A stretch of DNA of 64,000 nucleotides from a virus (Duplodnaviria; Caudoviricetes), in the IMG/VR virus record IMGVR_UViG_3300023174_003901, positions 64,001-128,000 of that record; one strand, given 5' to 3'. The stretch's first letter is position 1, and the number at the start of each line of letters is the position of its first letter. Below are positions 1 through 9,659 of this stretch, one piece after another. A program made the position numbers and the translations under genes. Below the pieces are notes generated by a model. That model had not been told where the DNA came from, searched no databases, and was given only the letters and a program-made list of their open reading frames with translations.

Positions 1-1008
1 TACCTGGGAACCCGAGCAACTGACATCAACGTGGATGGTGGTGAGTTTATTGGACCTTACGAAAGCCATGCACCTGAAGAATTGGTGCCATGTTCAATGT
101 TTGATACCATGGACTTGCGTGTGTATTCGCGTCAATTTAATGTTTCTTACGGGGATGGCACTACCACCGGGCCTTACTATGCACCCACAGCATCATTGGA
201 CGTAGAAGTAGCGGTCAACAACATTATAATTTCTCCTGATGAATATACTGTTGATTATGGTGATAGCACAACCGCGGCAGTTACTTTTGATACTGCTCCA
301 GCATCGGGTGCTGTAATTGTAGTACTTGAATCTGATCCAATTACTGGTCTAGAATTACGTATCTTCCAAGACATGCGTGGAGTACAAGCCACCTACAGAA
401 TGACTTCAGCAACTACCACTACATTGACTCAGACTTTGTATACAAACAGTGACATTGTATATGTGGCCGATGCTGGTGCCCTGGCAGCGCCCGATTTGGC
501 CAACAACATCTGGGGTGTGTTAACAGTAAATGGTGAGCGTATCATGTATCGTGAACGCAATACCATAACAAATACTGTGAGCAGTCTACTCAGAGGTACT
601 GCTGGAACCGCAGTTGATCTGCATTCTACAGGCTCAATTGTTTATAATCTAAACCGAGATAATCTAGCACCAGAGATATACCAAGATCGCATTGTGGGAT
701 CTAGTGTGGTGGCAGATGGAACTACTACCATCTTTACAGCAGATGTTGATTTAAGTTTAGAAGATTCAACCTTTGATCAACAGGCTATTTTGGTAGCAGT
801 TGGTGGCATATTGCAAACCAGTGGATACACAGTGACTGGTGACAACCCAATCACAGTGGAATTTGATACAGCACCCACCGCAGGCTATCGAGTTGCAGTC
901 TTTTGCCGTCAGGGATTGGGCTGGTACGGCGCCGGCTCAACCACAGCATACGATGGCATAGGCCTGCAATATACCGATACACTGGCCGCACAGTTTTTTA
1001 GAGGCTAA
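1..1008 (+). CDS. Virion structural protein, baseplate-wedge-like; C-terminal part, ORF open at window edge
   Basis: Frame open from base 1 (YLGTRATDINVDGGEF..SHAPEELVP); beta-rich repeats; lies in tail gene block. Confidence 0.6.
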   Translation, partial: YLGTRATDINVDGGEFIGPYESHAPEELVPCSMFDTMDLRVYSRQFNVSYGDGTTTGPYYAPTASLDVEVAVNNIIISPDEYTVDYGDSTTAAVTFDTAPASGAVIVVLESDPITGLELRIFQDMRGVQATYRMTSATTTTLTQTLYTNSDIVYVADAGALAAPDLANNIWGVLTVNGERIMYRERNTITNTVSSLLRGTAGTAVDLHSTGSIVYNLNRDNLAPEIYQDRIVGSSVVADGTTTIFTADVDLSLEDSTFDQQAILVAVGGILQTSGYTVTGDNPITVEFDTAPTAGYRVAVFCRQGLGWYGAGSTTAYDGIGLQYTDTLAAQFFRG

Positions 1009-1017
1009 AGAACAAGG

Positions 1018-1023
1018 TAAATA
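1018..1023 (+). promoter_or_regulatory. T4-like late promoter core TAAATA
   Basis: TAAATA 1 nt before ATG 1025; the same motif precedes many genes. Confidence 0.55.
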
Positions 1024-1024
1024 A

Positions 1025-1183
1025 ATGATGATGCAAAAAGATCAACCTATCAAACAACAAACAAATTCAGTGCCACAAGCACAACCCAAACGCCCCAATG
1101 AGACAGGGTCAGTTTCGGTTACAGGTTTTGTAAAGATTTTTGATCCAAAAACCAAAGAAACCTTTGTGGAGACTAGAGCATGA
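1025..1183 (+). CDS. 52-aa protein resembling the N-terminus of the next gene
   Basis: Hand-translated MMMQKDQ..SVTGFVKIFDPKTKETFVETRA; ATGA overlap with next ORF; not in ORF track. Confidence 0.7.
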   Translation: MMMQKDQPIKQQTNSVPQAQPKRPNETGSVSVTGFVKIFDPKTKETFVETRA

Positions 1184-1797
1184 TTTCTACAGGCTTGGTA
1201 AAAATTGAAGGATTTGTCAAAATATTTGATCCCAATAACGGCGAAATTTTTGTGGACAAAAAGAACGCCATTCATTATGAAAACATGAGTATTAGTCTTG
1301 CTGAAACTCTCAGCAACCGTACCAGTGCCCAAGGTGGCGGCTGGATTTACGAAATGGCATTTGGCAACGGTGGGTCCAGCGTTGACCCAACTGGTATTAT
1401 TACCTACTTGCCCCCAAACACCACCGGCATCAATGCTGATCTCTACAACGAAACCTACGCCAAAGTAGTCAATGATAACTCGGCAGCCGACACAGATCCT
1501 ACCAACAACTACATGGAAGTGATACACACATCAGGTAAGGTTTACACTGATATTTTGGTCAGTTGTTTGCTGGACTACGGCGAGCCACCAGGACAGCAGG
1601 CATTTGATAATTCAACCAATTTCAACGGGGAATACGTGTTTGATGAACTAGGGCTCAAGGCCTGGGCAGGAAGTGCAACGGATCTGAGATTGCTAACCCA
1701 CGTGATCTTTCACCCTGTGCAAAAGAGTTTGAACCGTCAGATACAGATTGACTATACTGTGCGTATACAAACGCTGACTAACTTGAGCACGGCATAA
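1180..1797 (+). CDS. Putative virion/baseplate structural protein
   Basis: 205-aa ORF in structural block. Confidence 0.6.
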   Translation: MISTGLVKIEGFVKIFDPNNGEIFVDKKNAIHYENMSISLAETLSNRTSAQGGGWIYEMAFGNGGSSVDPTGIITYLPPNTTGINADLYNETYAKVVNDNSAADTDPTNNYMEVIHTSGKVYTDILVSCLLDYGEPPGQQAFDNSTNFNGEYVFDELGLKAWAGSATDLRLLTHVIFHPVQKSLNRQIQIDYTVRIQTLTNLSTA

Positions 1798-1800
1798 ATA
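1795..1800 (+). promoter_or_regulatory. T4-like late promoter core TAAATA
   Basis: Upstream of GGAG RBS and ATG 1816. Confidence 0.5.
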
Positions 1801-1815
1801 CATATGGAGTAACAC

Positions 1816-3018
1816 ATGTCATATACAATTACATTAACTGATGGCGCAATTTTTGCTGTTATAGCAGATGGTACCATCAACACTGATTCCAGCATGACCC
1901 TGGTGGGTAAAAACTGGGCAGGTTATGGACAATTCTTGGACGATAACTTTATTCGTCTATTGGAAAATGGCGCCAACACCACTGCACCTGGAGCACCGCT
2001 GACTGGTCAACTTTGGTGGAACTCAACTGCAGGTACAATGCAAGTGTACAACGGCACTGCATTCAAGACCATTGGCGGCGCCGCTGCCAGTTCAACTGCT
2101 CCAACTTCAAATGTTGCCGGTGATTTATGGTACGATACTGTGAATCAACAGTTGAATGTTTACACAGGTACTGCCTTTATTGTGGTAGGTCCTGCATTTA
2201 CTCCGGGTACAGGCACAACAGGCGCTATTGTTGCCACAATTGTAGACAACACAGCAACGTCACATTTTGTAATTGAATTATATGCCAACAACAGTATTGT
2301 GGGTATCATCAGCAAGGATCAAACATTTACTCCTTTGTCGGCTGTTGCCGGTGGATGGGGCATACAACCAGTCAATCCAGGATTGACTTTGGCCACTGGC
2401 ATTGCTAATAACGCTGTTTGGGGCAACTCAACAAATTCATTGCGTCTGAACAGTTTGACCAGTAGTCAATTCATGCGCAGTGATGCCAACACTGCTTGTT
2501 CCGGCACAATCACAGTAAATACCGGCGGTGCTGTTACTGGTATCATCAACGGTGCAGGCAACGCAATTGGTAACATTGGATCATCAGGCAGTTACTTCAA
2601 CACAATTTTTGCCACAGCAACCACAGCACTGTATGCTGACGTTGCAGAACGCTTTGCGTCAGACGAAGCGTACACACCAGGTACTGTGGTCGAACTGGGC
2701 GGTTCAGCCGAAATTACCATGGTTCGTACAGATGCCAGCAACAATGTGTTTGGTGTGATTTCTACACGCCCTGCATTTACCATGAACGGTGGCGCAGGTG
2801 AAAACGACACACACCCTCCAGTGGCCATGACAGGTCGTGTGCCTGTGCGTGTGACAGGTGCGGTACGCAAAGGCGACAGACTGATTTCAGCAGGTGACGG
2901 TATTGCTAGATCTGCTCGTCCAGAAGAAGCAAATGCATTTAATGTTATTGGCCGTGCATTGGTTGATAAATTAGATGTAGGACTTGGCACAGTAGAAGCC
3001 ATTGTCACAATTAAATAA
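1816..3018 (+). CDS. Tail fibre-like protein with C-terminal intramolecular chaperone/autoproteolysis (peptidase G2-like) domain
   Basis: G/T/A-rich; C-terminal YADVAERF..PGTVV..GVIS.RP..PVAMTGRVPVRV..KGDRL. Confidence 0.7.
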   Translation: MSYTITLTDGAIFAVIADGTINTDSSMTLVGKNWAGYGQFLDDNFIRLLENGANTTAPGAPLTGQLWWNSTAGTMQVYNGTAFKTIGGAAASSTAPTSNVAGDLWYDTVNQQLNVYTGTAFIVVGPAFTPGTGTTGAIVATIVDNTATSHFVIELYANNSIVGIISKDQTFTPLSAVAGGWGIQPVNPGLTLATGIANNAVWGNSTNSLRLNSLTSSQFMRSDANTACSGTITVNTGGAVTGIINGAGNAIGNIGSSGSYFNTIFATATTALYADVAERFASDEAYTPGTVVELGGSAEITMVRTDASNNVFGVISTRPAFTMNGGAGENDTHPPVAMTGRVPVRVTGAVRKGDRLISAGDGIARSARPEEANAFNVIGRALVDKLDVGLGTVEAIVTIK

Positions 3019-3030
3019 CAGGAAACAGCA

Positions 3031-4029
3031 ATGACTTATTCATCAGGATCACAAATACTAGCCGCAGATTACAATACCTTTGCAGGTAATACCACAGCAG
3101 GTTTGAATCGTGTGTGGAGCACAGGTGCAGGTGATGCAGGCTGGGGACAAACTGACATTGCCACAGTGACCGCTGGTACCAATACAGTAACAGCCACACA
3201 ATGGGCCACAATAGTCAACAACTTGGCCACATCAGGCACCCAAACCAGCACAACTCTTACATCAAGAACAGCACCTACCGCAGGAAACATTATTGGTATT
3301 TTGGCCAACGTACAAACAGATATTACCAGTGTCACAACCAATCGTGGCAATGCTGTGACCTCGGGCGCTGAGTACGGAACATTTACAGGCACCACAAGCC
3401 AGATTAATCCTACAGGTTCAGGACAAGCCGCCTGGACCATTACATTTACACACACTATTACATTTCCGTCAGCCAACCAAGCACGTTATTTCTGGAACGC
3501 AGGCGGAATTGTGCGTCTCAAGTATGGCAAGAGTTCTACAGGAACTGACAGTGATCCAGACTGGAATACCTTGGCTGGACAGTGCGGCACAATCAACCTA
3601 ACTGGTCGTGTGAACGGTGCGGCTCAAACTATTGCGGCTCAAAGTTACACAGGAACCACCAGACTCAGTGGCACCGGCGGCACACAAACAACACTGGCCA
3701 CCACCACAGGCTGGTACAACCTTACTGGCGTGGCCACTACAATATTCCAATTAAACAATGCCACCGCTCCATATTCAGGCGAGTACATCAGAACCACCGC
3801 CACAGCCACTTCGACCACAGTGTTGACCTTGGTCACAACCTGGGTCAGTGATGGATCATCGGGTGCAGGTACCACTGCTAACATTTCGGGCGGAACAGCA
3901 ACTGGCAGTCCTTCGACCACTATCTCAGGCACAGCACCCACAACCTTGGTCACATACCTTCCGCCATCTACTGCACAAGGTTTAAGCAACAGTTGGGGTA
4001 CCCCCACAATTGCTGCCAGCGTAGCCTAA
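3031..4029 (+). CDS. Thr/Gly-rich virion structural protein
   Basis: 332-aa T/G/S-rich ORF ending the tail block. Confidence 0.6.
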   Translation: MTYSSGSQILAADYNTFAGNTTAGLNRVWSTGAGDAGWGQTDIATVTAGTNTVTATQWATIVNNLATSGTQTSTTLTSRTAPTAGNIIGILANVQTDITSVTTNRGNAVTSGAEYGTFTGTTSQINPTGSGQAAWTITFTHTITFPSANQARYFWNAGGIVRLKYGKSSTGTDSDPDWNTLAGQCGTINLTGRVNGAAQTIAAQSYTGTTRLSGTGGTQTTLATTTGWYNLTGVATTIFQLNNATAPYSGEYIRTTATATSTTVLTLVTTWVSDGSSGAGTTANISGGTATGSPSTTISGTAPTTLVTYLPPSTAQGLSNSWGTPTIAASVA

Positions 4030-4044
4030 TTGGCAAACTCAATC

Positions 4045-4074
4045 AGGGCAAAAGGTAGACTTTTGCCCTTTTTT
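4045..4074 (+). terminator. Intrinsic terminator
   Basis: agggcaaaag-gtaga-cttttgccct followed by a T run. Confidence 0.85.
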
Positions 4075-4090
4075 CTTTTATAATACTACA

Positions 4091-4399
4091 ATGAATACCG
4101 ATGCGTTAATTGCTCATGCACGAGCACGTTTTGATCATGTGGCCGCACGTCGTGTACTAAAAGAAAAGTACGAAGCCAAGATGTTGTTTGCTCATGCCGG
4201 CGGCATGTGGCGTGCCGGTCCTGAACTGCAATGTACTTTGTTGAGTTGTGCGCAAGACAAGGACGTGGTGCTGTTAGACTTGTACGAAACTCCTGTGCGA
4301 GTAAACGTTCCGGAACTGTTTGCTCGGGCACATGGCCACTGGCAAGAACAAATGAACGCTTGGCTGGTAGAATATGAAGAACAAAGTAAGAAACGATGA
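4091..4399 (+). CDS. Hypothetical protein
   Basis: 102-aa ORF, TATAAT just upstream, ATGA-coupled to next gene. Confidence 0.7.
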   Translation: MNTDALIAHARARFDHVAARRVLKEKYEAKMLFAHAGGMWRAGPELQCTLLSCAQDKDVVLLDLYETPVRVNVPELFARAHGHWQEQMNAWLVEYEEQSKKR

Positions 4400-5205
4400 C
4401 AACGGGCGCATTGATATTTGCGTTCAACAATGAACAAACCGACTACGTTGCTATGGCTGGATGGAGTGCTGAAAGAATTCGTAGGCACCTCAAGATCCCT
4501 ACAGCCATTGTCACGGACGCAAATCCAACAGATCGACGACTGGCTGCCGCAGATCAAGTCATTAATGCGACGCCAGTTTCCGGAGGAACACGTTGGTTTG
4601 AGGATTATCAAGCGACTGTGTCTTGGCACAACGCAGGTAGAACTGATTCATATTCACTTACACCTTGGGATCAAACTCTAGTACTAGACGCTGATTATGT
4701 GGTGTGCGGCAATGAATTGCAAACGGTGATCAACAGCCCACAAGATTTTATGTGCCATAGATTGGCCTGGGACATGACCAGCATGAATGACTTCGACGGA
4801 CTCAACTGGTTTGGCAACAATCGCATGCCCATGTGGTGGGCCACAGTAATGATGTTCCGTAAAAGCAACACAGCACAATATATCTTTGATTGCATGAACA
4901 TGATACGTGCAAACTGGCGTCACTACAAAGACTTGTATCATATTGCAGGACCTACCTATCGTAACGACTATGCTCTCAGCATTGCCATGGGCATTGTGAG
5001 TGGACATACATTACAAGTAGACAACATACCATTTGGCTTGGCCAGTGTCATGCCTGAGCACACTCTTAAACAACTAGACACAGACTACTTTGAAATTGGG
5101 TACACAGGACAGGACGGGAAACCCAAAACAATGGGTTGGCACGGTATGGACTTTCATGCCATGGGCAAAAAGCACCTAGGAGACATAGTTGCCAATCCTC
5201 GCTGA
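4396..5205 (+). CDS. GT-A-fold nucleotide-diphospho-sugar transferase-like protein
   Basis: DxD motif TLVLDADY; GT8-like layout. Confidence 0.55.
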   Translation: MTTGALIFAFNNEQTDYVAMAGWSAERIRRHLKIPTAIVTDANPTDRRLAAADQVINATPVSGGTRWFEDYQATVSWHNAGRTDSYSLTPWDQTLVLDADYVVCGNELQTVINSPQDFMCHRLAWDMTSMNDFDGLNWFGNNRMPMWWATVMMFRKSNTAQYIFDCMNMIRANWRHYKDLYHIAGPTYRNDYALSIAMGIVSGHTLQVDNIPFGLASVMPEHTLKQLDTDYFEIGYTGQDGKPKTMGWHGMDFHAMGKKHLGDIVANPR

Positions 5206-5956
5206 ACGTGGCTACCTCATACCGGCTATTGACACCGACACAGTGGACTACCTTGGCTGTGCTATACAATTGGCACGATCTATTAGGCAGTGGCATCCAG
5301 ACGCCAATATTTCTGTTATATCTGTCAAACGCTGTGACAACCCAGTGTTCAATCATGTTATTCCTTTGCCTTATGGCGACCTTGGCGGTTTTGCCAATGA
5401 TTGGCAATGTTTTGCGGCCAGCCCTTACAGACAAACAATCAAACTGGAAGCAGATATGGTTATAGCCAGTCCCGTTGACCATTGGTGGACTATGTTTGAA
5501 CATCAAGATCTTGTGATATCTACTGGTGCTAGAGACTTTTATGATCAACCTGCTGACAGTAGATACTATAGAAAAACTTTTGATGCCAACCATTTGCCTG
5601 ACGTTTACAATGCTATAACTTATTGGCGAGTGAGTCGAACAGCACAAGAGTTTTTTCAACTGGTTCGAAACATTTTTGAAAACTGGACAGAGTACAAAAC
5701 ATTATTGAAGTTTCCAGATGAAAATCCCACAACTGATTTAGTATATGCCATGGCTGCACAGATCATTGGGCCAGAATTAGTTACCTTACCATTTGCAAGT
5801 TATCCTAAGATCGTGCATATGAAACGTCATATGATCGCGTCTCATACACCAAATTGGACACAGGAACTAGTATGGGAAAATAATCCCTTGAGATTCAACA
5901 CAGTGGCTCAATGGGGTGCTGTACATTATCATCAAAAGGACTGGCGCAGTGACTGA
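5189..5956 (+). CDS. GT-A-fold glycosyltransferase-like paralog
   Basis: TIKLEADM motif; similar layout to the preceding gene. Confidence 0.5.
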   Translation: MPILAERGYLIPAIDTDTVDYLGCAIQLARSIRQWHPDANISVISVKRCDNPVFNHVIPLPYGDLGGFANDWQCFAASPYRQTIKLEADMVIASPVDHWWTMFEHQDLVISTGARDFYDQPADSRYYRKTFDANHLPDVYNAITYWRVSRTAQEFFQLVRNIFENWTEYKTLLKFPDENPTTDLVYAMAAQIIGPELVTLPFASYPKIVHMKRHMIASHTPNWTQELVWENNPLRFNTVAQWGAVHYHQKDWRSD

Positions 5957-6290
5957 ACAAGAATTTTTAAACTTTTGGAAAAACATTGAATGGCCTGAAA
6001 TCAAGCCGGTTTATCTTAGACTTTACCACGATGATTCGGGTCTGCCATTGTTTTACAGTCATGAAGATCAGCCCGGTAAGTATATTGACCTTACTCCTGA
6101 ACAGTTTGCATTGAGAGACCTGCAGGTACGTGTAGTTGATGGTGTGTTAAAACCACGCAAGCGACCGGTGCCACCTAAGTTAGTGCCCAGTGATCAAGGA
6201 ACACCTTGCGACCCTAATGATGTTGCTGTTGTAGTAAGCGCACAAGAACCCAACCAACAATGGAAATTAAAACAACATGAGCAAGATTGA
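5949..6290 (+). CDS. Hypothetical protein
   Basis: Probable GTG start overlapping upstream stop. Confidence 0.6.
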   Translation: MTEQEFLNFWKNIEWPEIKPVYLRLYHDDSGLPLFYSHEDQPGKYIDLTPEQFALRDLQVRVVDGVLKPRKRPVPPKLVPSDQGTPCDPNDVAVVVSAQEPNQQWKLKQHEQD

Positions 6291-7203
6291 CATAGCAGAT
6301 TTAGACTGCATTTACCTAAGTTATGATGAACCGCAACAAGAAGAATTTTGGGTCAAGATTAAGAACATGGTGCCTTGGGCCCGACGGGTCAGCAATATAC
6401 GCGGAAGCGATGCGGCACACAAAGCCGCGGCCCTGGCTTCTGACACAGAACGATTTATCCTCGTGGATGGAGACAATCTCCCCGACCCAGCGTTTTTTAA
6501 CCAAACGCTTGATCTTCCTACATCTGAATATGAAAAGGCTGTGTTCCGCTGGAGAGCACGTAATCACATTAACGGATTGATGTATGGTAACGGTGGCTTG
6601 AGTTCATGGACAAAGACGCATGTGATGAACATGCGCACCCATGAAAACACCGATGGCGCAACAGAAACACAGATAGAGTTTTGCTTTGATCCCTTATACT
6701 GGGCCATGCATGACTGCTACAGTGTAACATATCCCAATGGATCAGCATTCCAAGCCTGGCGTGCCGGATTCCGTGAAGGGGTCAAGATGTGTTTGAATCG
6801 TGGTGCAAGACCTACTGTGGCAGAGTTTCGTGATCGTGTACACCAACGAAATCTAGATCACTTGACCATATGGCACAATGTGGGTGGAGATGTAGACTAT
6901 GGTTACTGGTCGATCGCTGGCGCAAGGCAAGGAACTTACATGACCATGCTCACTAACTGGGACTATCTACAGGTACAAAACTTTGAAGCACTTGCTGAAC
7001 TGTTTGAAACAGTAAAGAACGATCAACCTGAAATCATTGCCAATCGACTGGCAGACGAACTTGCTACACAACTAGACTTGCCCATGCACATGCTCACAGG
7101 AGAAGCCAGCAGATTCTTCAAACATCACTATCGTAGCAACTGGCATAACCAAGGCATCATGGTCAGAGAAATTGATGTCATTAGAGTACAAGAAGGTTGG
7201 TGA
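6277..7203 (+). CDS. Glycosyltransferase-like protein
   Basis: FILVDGDN DxD motif; similar to C-terminal domain of 21136..22743. Confidence 0.5.
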   Translation: MSKIDIADLDCIYLSYDEPQQEEFWVKIKNMVPWARRVSNIRGSDAAHKAAALASDTERFILVDGDNLPDPAFFNQTLDLPTSEYEKAVFRWRARNHINGLMYGNGGLSSWTKTHVMNMRTHENTDGATETQIEFCFDPLYWAMHDCYSVTYPNGSAFQAWRAGFREGVKMCLNRGARPTVAEFRDRVHQRNLDHLTIWHNVGGDVDYGYWSIAGARQGTYMTMLTNWDYLQVQNFEALAELFETVKNDQPEIIANRLADELATQLDLPMHMLTGEASRFFKHHYRSNWHNQGIMVREIDVIRVQEGW

Positions 7204-7204
7204 T

Positions 7205-8293
7205 ATGTGGGAGTGTCCTGCTATTGATCACGGAGTGACTATTTTTCCAGACGGAAGAATAAGGCCATGTTGCCAAACATCAGCAGAATATAGTAAACCA
7301 CTGAGTGAAATTAAAAATCCTGCCCGATTTCAAGATCTAAAATCTCTTGACAACCCTAATGCTTGTAAATCTTGTTGGCACAAAGAACAACAAGGTTTTG
7401 ATAGTTATCGAAAGATGTATCAAACAAAAGTTACAAACGCCGACGGCATTCAATTTTTAGATGTAAGACACAGCAATCAGTGCAATCTCAAATGCCGATA
7501 TTGTAATCCTCACTTTAGTAATCAGTGGGCAAAAGAATTATCCTACCCTATAACTTTACAACAAAGCAAGTTTGATGACTATTTAGATCACTTGCTCACA
7601 AAGGATCTGGTAGAAATTTACTGGTGTGGTGGTGAGCCATTGATCAACAGCGATCATTACAACATGCTGGAGACATTAATTGCAAATGGTCTTAGCAAAA
7701 ATATCAAATTACGATACAATACTAATTTTACAGTAATACAATACAAAGATAAAAATGTGTTTGATCTCTGGCAAGAATTTAAATCCGTTAGTATTTCTAT
7801 CAGTGTAGATGCAGTTGGTGAAATATCCAATTATATTAGATCGGGCAGTAACTGGGATACCATATCTACTAATATAGATTTGGCACTAGAAAAAATTCAG
7901 AAGAATCATAAAATATCTATTAGTCTTTCGCCGGTGGTAAGTTTGCTCAGTATATGGACACTGCCCGAGTTATACAGGTACGCTGAACATAAAAAAATAT
8001 CAGTCAGCCCAATCTTATTGCACGGACCGGACTATTTGTCATTGATGGCAATACACACCAAACTGAAGCCATTGGCAATATCTACATTAAATTCCATACG
8101 CAATCAACTTGGACAAAACTACGATCAATTCATGTTACAATTAACTGAAGACGATAATGAATATCTGTTCAATCATGCAGTAAGGCATATATTGCTATTA
8201 GACAAGTTGAGACAAGAAAAATTATTTGATTTGCTACCATTTCAACAATTAGCAATAGAACTTACATTAAAAAATTATGACTACGAATTATAA
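7205..8293 (+). CDS. Radical SAM protein with SPASM/twitch-like Cys motif
   Basis: CNLKCRYC; GGEP; N-terminal C..RPCC..CKSC. Confidence 0.85.
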   Translation: MWECPAIDHGVTIFPDGRIRPCCQTSAEYSKPLSEIKNPARFQDLKSLDNPNACKSCWHKEQQGFDSYRKMYQTKVTNADGIQFLDVRHSNQCNLKCRYCNPHFSNQWAKELSYPITLQQSKFDDYLDHLLTKDLVEIYWCGGEPLINSDHYNMLETLIANGLSKNIKLRYNTNFTVIQYKDKNVFDLWQEFKSVSISISVDAVGEISNYIRSGSNWDTISTNIDLALEKIQKNHKISISLSPVVSLLSIWTLPELYRYAEHKKISVSPILLHGPDYLSLMAIHTKLKPLAISTLNSIRNQLGQNYDQFMLQLTEDDNEYLFNHAVRHILLLDKLRQEKLFDLLPFQQLAIELTLKNYDYEL

Positions 8294-9659
8294 AAGTGTG
8301 TTTATGGGGGCAGCAGAACAAATGAAAGACCAACTTGGACACGCTTTATGTTTGGCCAAATGGAAACAAGTGAGTTTGCACTTGCCCACTGGACTCAACA
8401 ACTCCTGTTATCATCCGCCCTTGCATGCTATTCCTCAAGAGAATCTCACAAACAATCCCAGCAGTTTGCACAACACACCACACAAAAAAGAACAACGTAA
8501 AATCATGTTGCGTCAGGAGCGACCTACAGAGTGTAGTTATTGCTGGAACATGGAAGATCAGGGCAAACTGTCAGATAGGCATTATCGTTCAGGCGAACCC
8601 TGGGCCGCAGTGGACTTTGAACAAATAAAAAATTCAACAGGAGCCGAAGATGACATTATCCCTAGTTATGTTGAAGTTAATTTTAATAACGCTTGCAATC
8701 TCAAGTGTAGTTATTGTAGTCCTCAATTTAGTAGCAGTTGGGCAGATGAAGCCCAGAGAATGGGGCCTTATGCTACCAGTACTCCGCACAACAGCATGGA
8801 TCATTTTACCGGGAATAGGCGCATTATTCCTGCCCGAGAGCATAACCCTTATGTAGAAGCATTTTGGAAGTGGTGGCCCACGCTATACCCTGAATTAGAA
8901 CACTTTAGAATGACCGGTGGCGAGCCCCTAATGGACAAAAATACATATCGGGTATTTGATTATGTGTTGGCCAATCCATCTAAGAAACTGCACCTAAACG
9001 TTACCAGTAACTTTTCAGTAGAGCCAGAGTTGTTCAAACGGTATCTTGACTCGGTAAAAAACATCTGTGACGGCCGTATTGAACACTTTATGCAGTATGT
9101 GAGTGTGGACTCAGGCATACCCGCGCAGGCTGAGTACATAAGGCATGGACTTGACTACATGCGAATGTTTGAGAATGCCAACCGTTATTTAAAAGAGGTA
9201 CCATCCTATAATAGCCTCACATTTATCATTACCATGAACAATCTTTCAGTAACAGGATTAAAATCTTTACTGGGTTGGATACTGTTTCTAAGAAGAACAC
9301 ACAGTCGAACCTATCAACGGGTATGGTTTGACACCCCTGTGTTACGCACACCCACGTGGCAGAGTTTGCAAATTTTGCCCGAAAGTTATGCACTTAAACT
9401 TGAAGAAGTCAAACAGTTCATGCTGGAACACATGGAAGATCCACGGTACCCACATCAAGGATTCAAAGACTACGAAGTAGCAAGACTAGATCGAGACATT
9501 GCCTGGATGCGCAGTGCGCAGACACAAGATCATAGTCAAGCACGAGCAGACTTTTATAGATTCTTTGCGGAACATGATCAACGCCGAGGCACAGACTTCT
9601 TGGCCGCCTTTCCTGAGATGCGGTCGTGGTGGGAAGAGTGTAGATATCATGCTAGGTAA
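8277..9659 (+). CDS. Radical SAM protein (twitch-like)
   Basis: CNLKCSYC; TGGEP; N-terminal CLAKW..SCYHPP..CSYC. Confidence 0.85.
   Translation: MTTNYKSVFMGAAEQMKDQLGHALCLAKWKQVSLHLPTGLNNSCYHPPLHAIPQENLTNNPSSLHNTPHKKEQRKIMLRQERPTECSYCWNMEDQGKLSDRHYRSGEPWAAVDFEQIKNSTGAEDDIIPSYVEVNFNNACNLKCSYCSPQFSSSWADEAQRMGPYATSTPHNSMDHFTGNRRIIPAREHNPYVEAFWKWWPTLYPELEHFRMTGGEPLMDKNTYRVFDYVLANPSKKLHLNVTSNFSVEPELFKRYLDSVKNICDGRIEHFMQYVSVDSGIPAQAEYIRHGLDYMRMFENANRYLKEVPSYNSLTFIITMNNLSVTGLKSLLGWILFLRRTHSRTYQRVWFDTPVLRTPTWQSLQILPESYALKLEEVKQFMLEHMEDPRYPHQGFKDYEVARLDRDIAWMRSAQTQDHSQARADFYRFFAEHDQRRGTDFLAAFPEMRSWWEECRYHAR

Noticed and set aside
1042-1527. Antisense and shadow ORFs (e.g. 1042..1527, 2592..3008, 4192..4629, 23357..23773, 46636..47067, and ORFs across tRNAs at 40162-42610)
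   Set aside because: They overlap better-supported genes or tRNAs and have no motifs or RBS.
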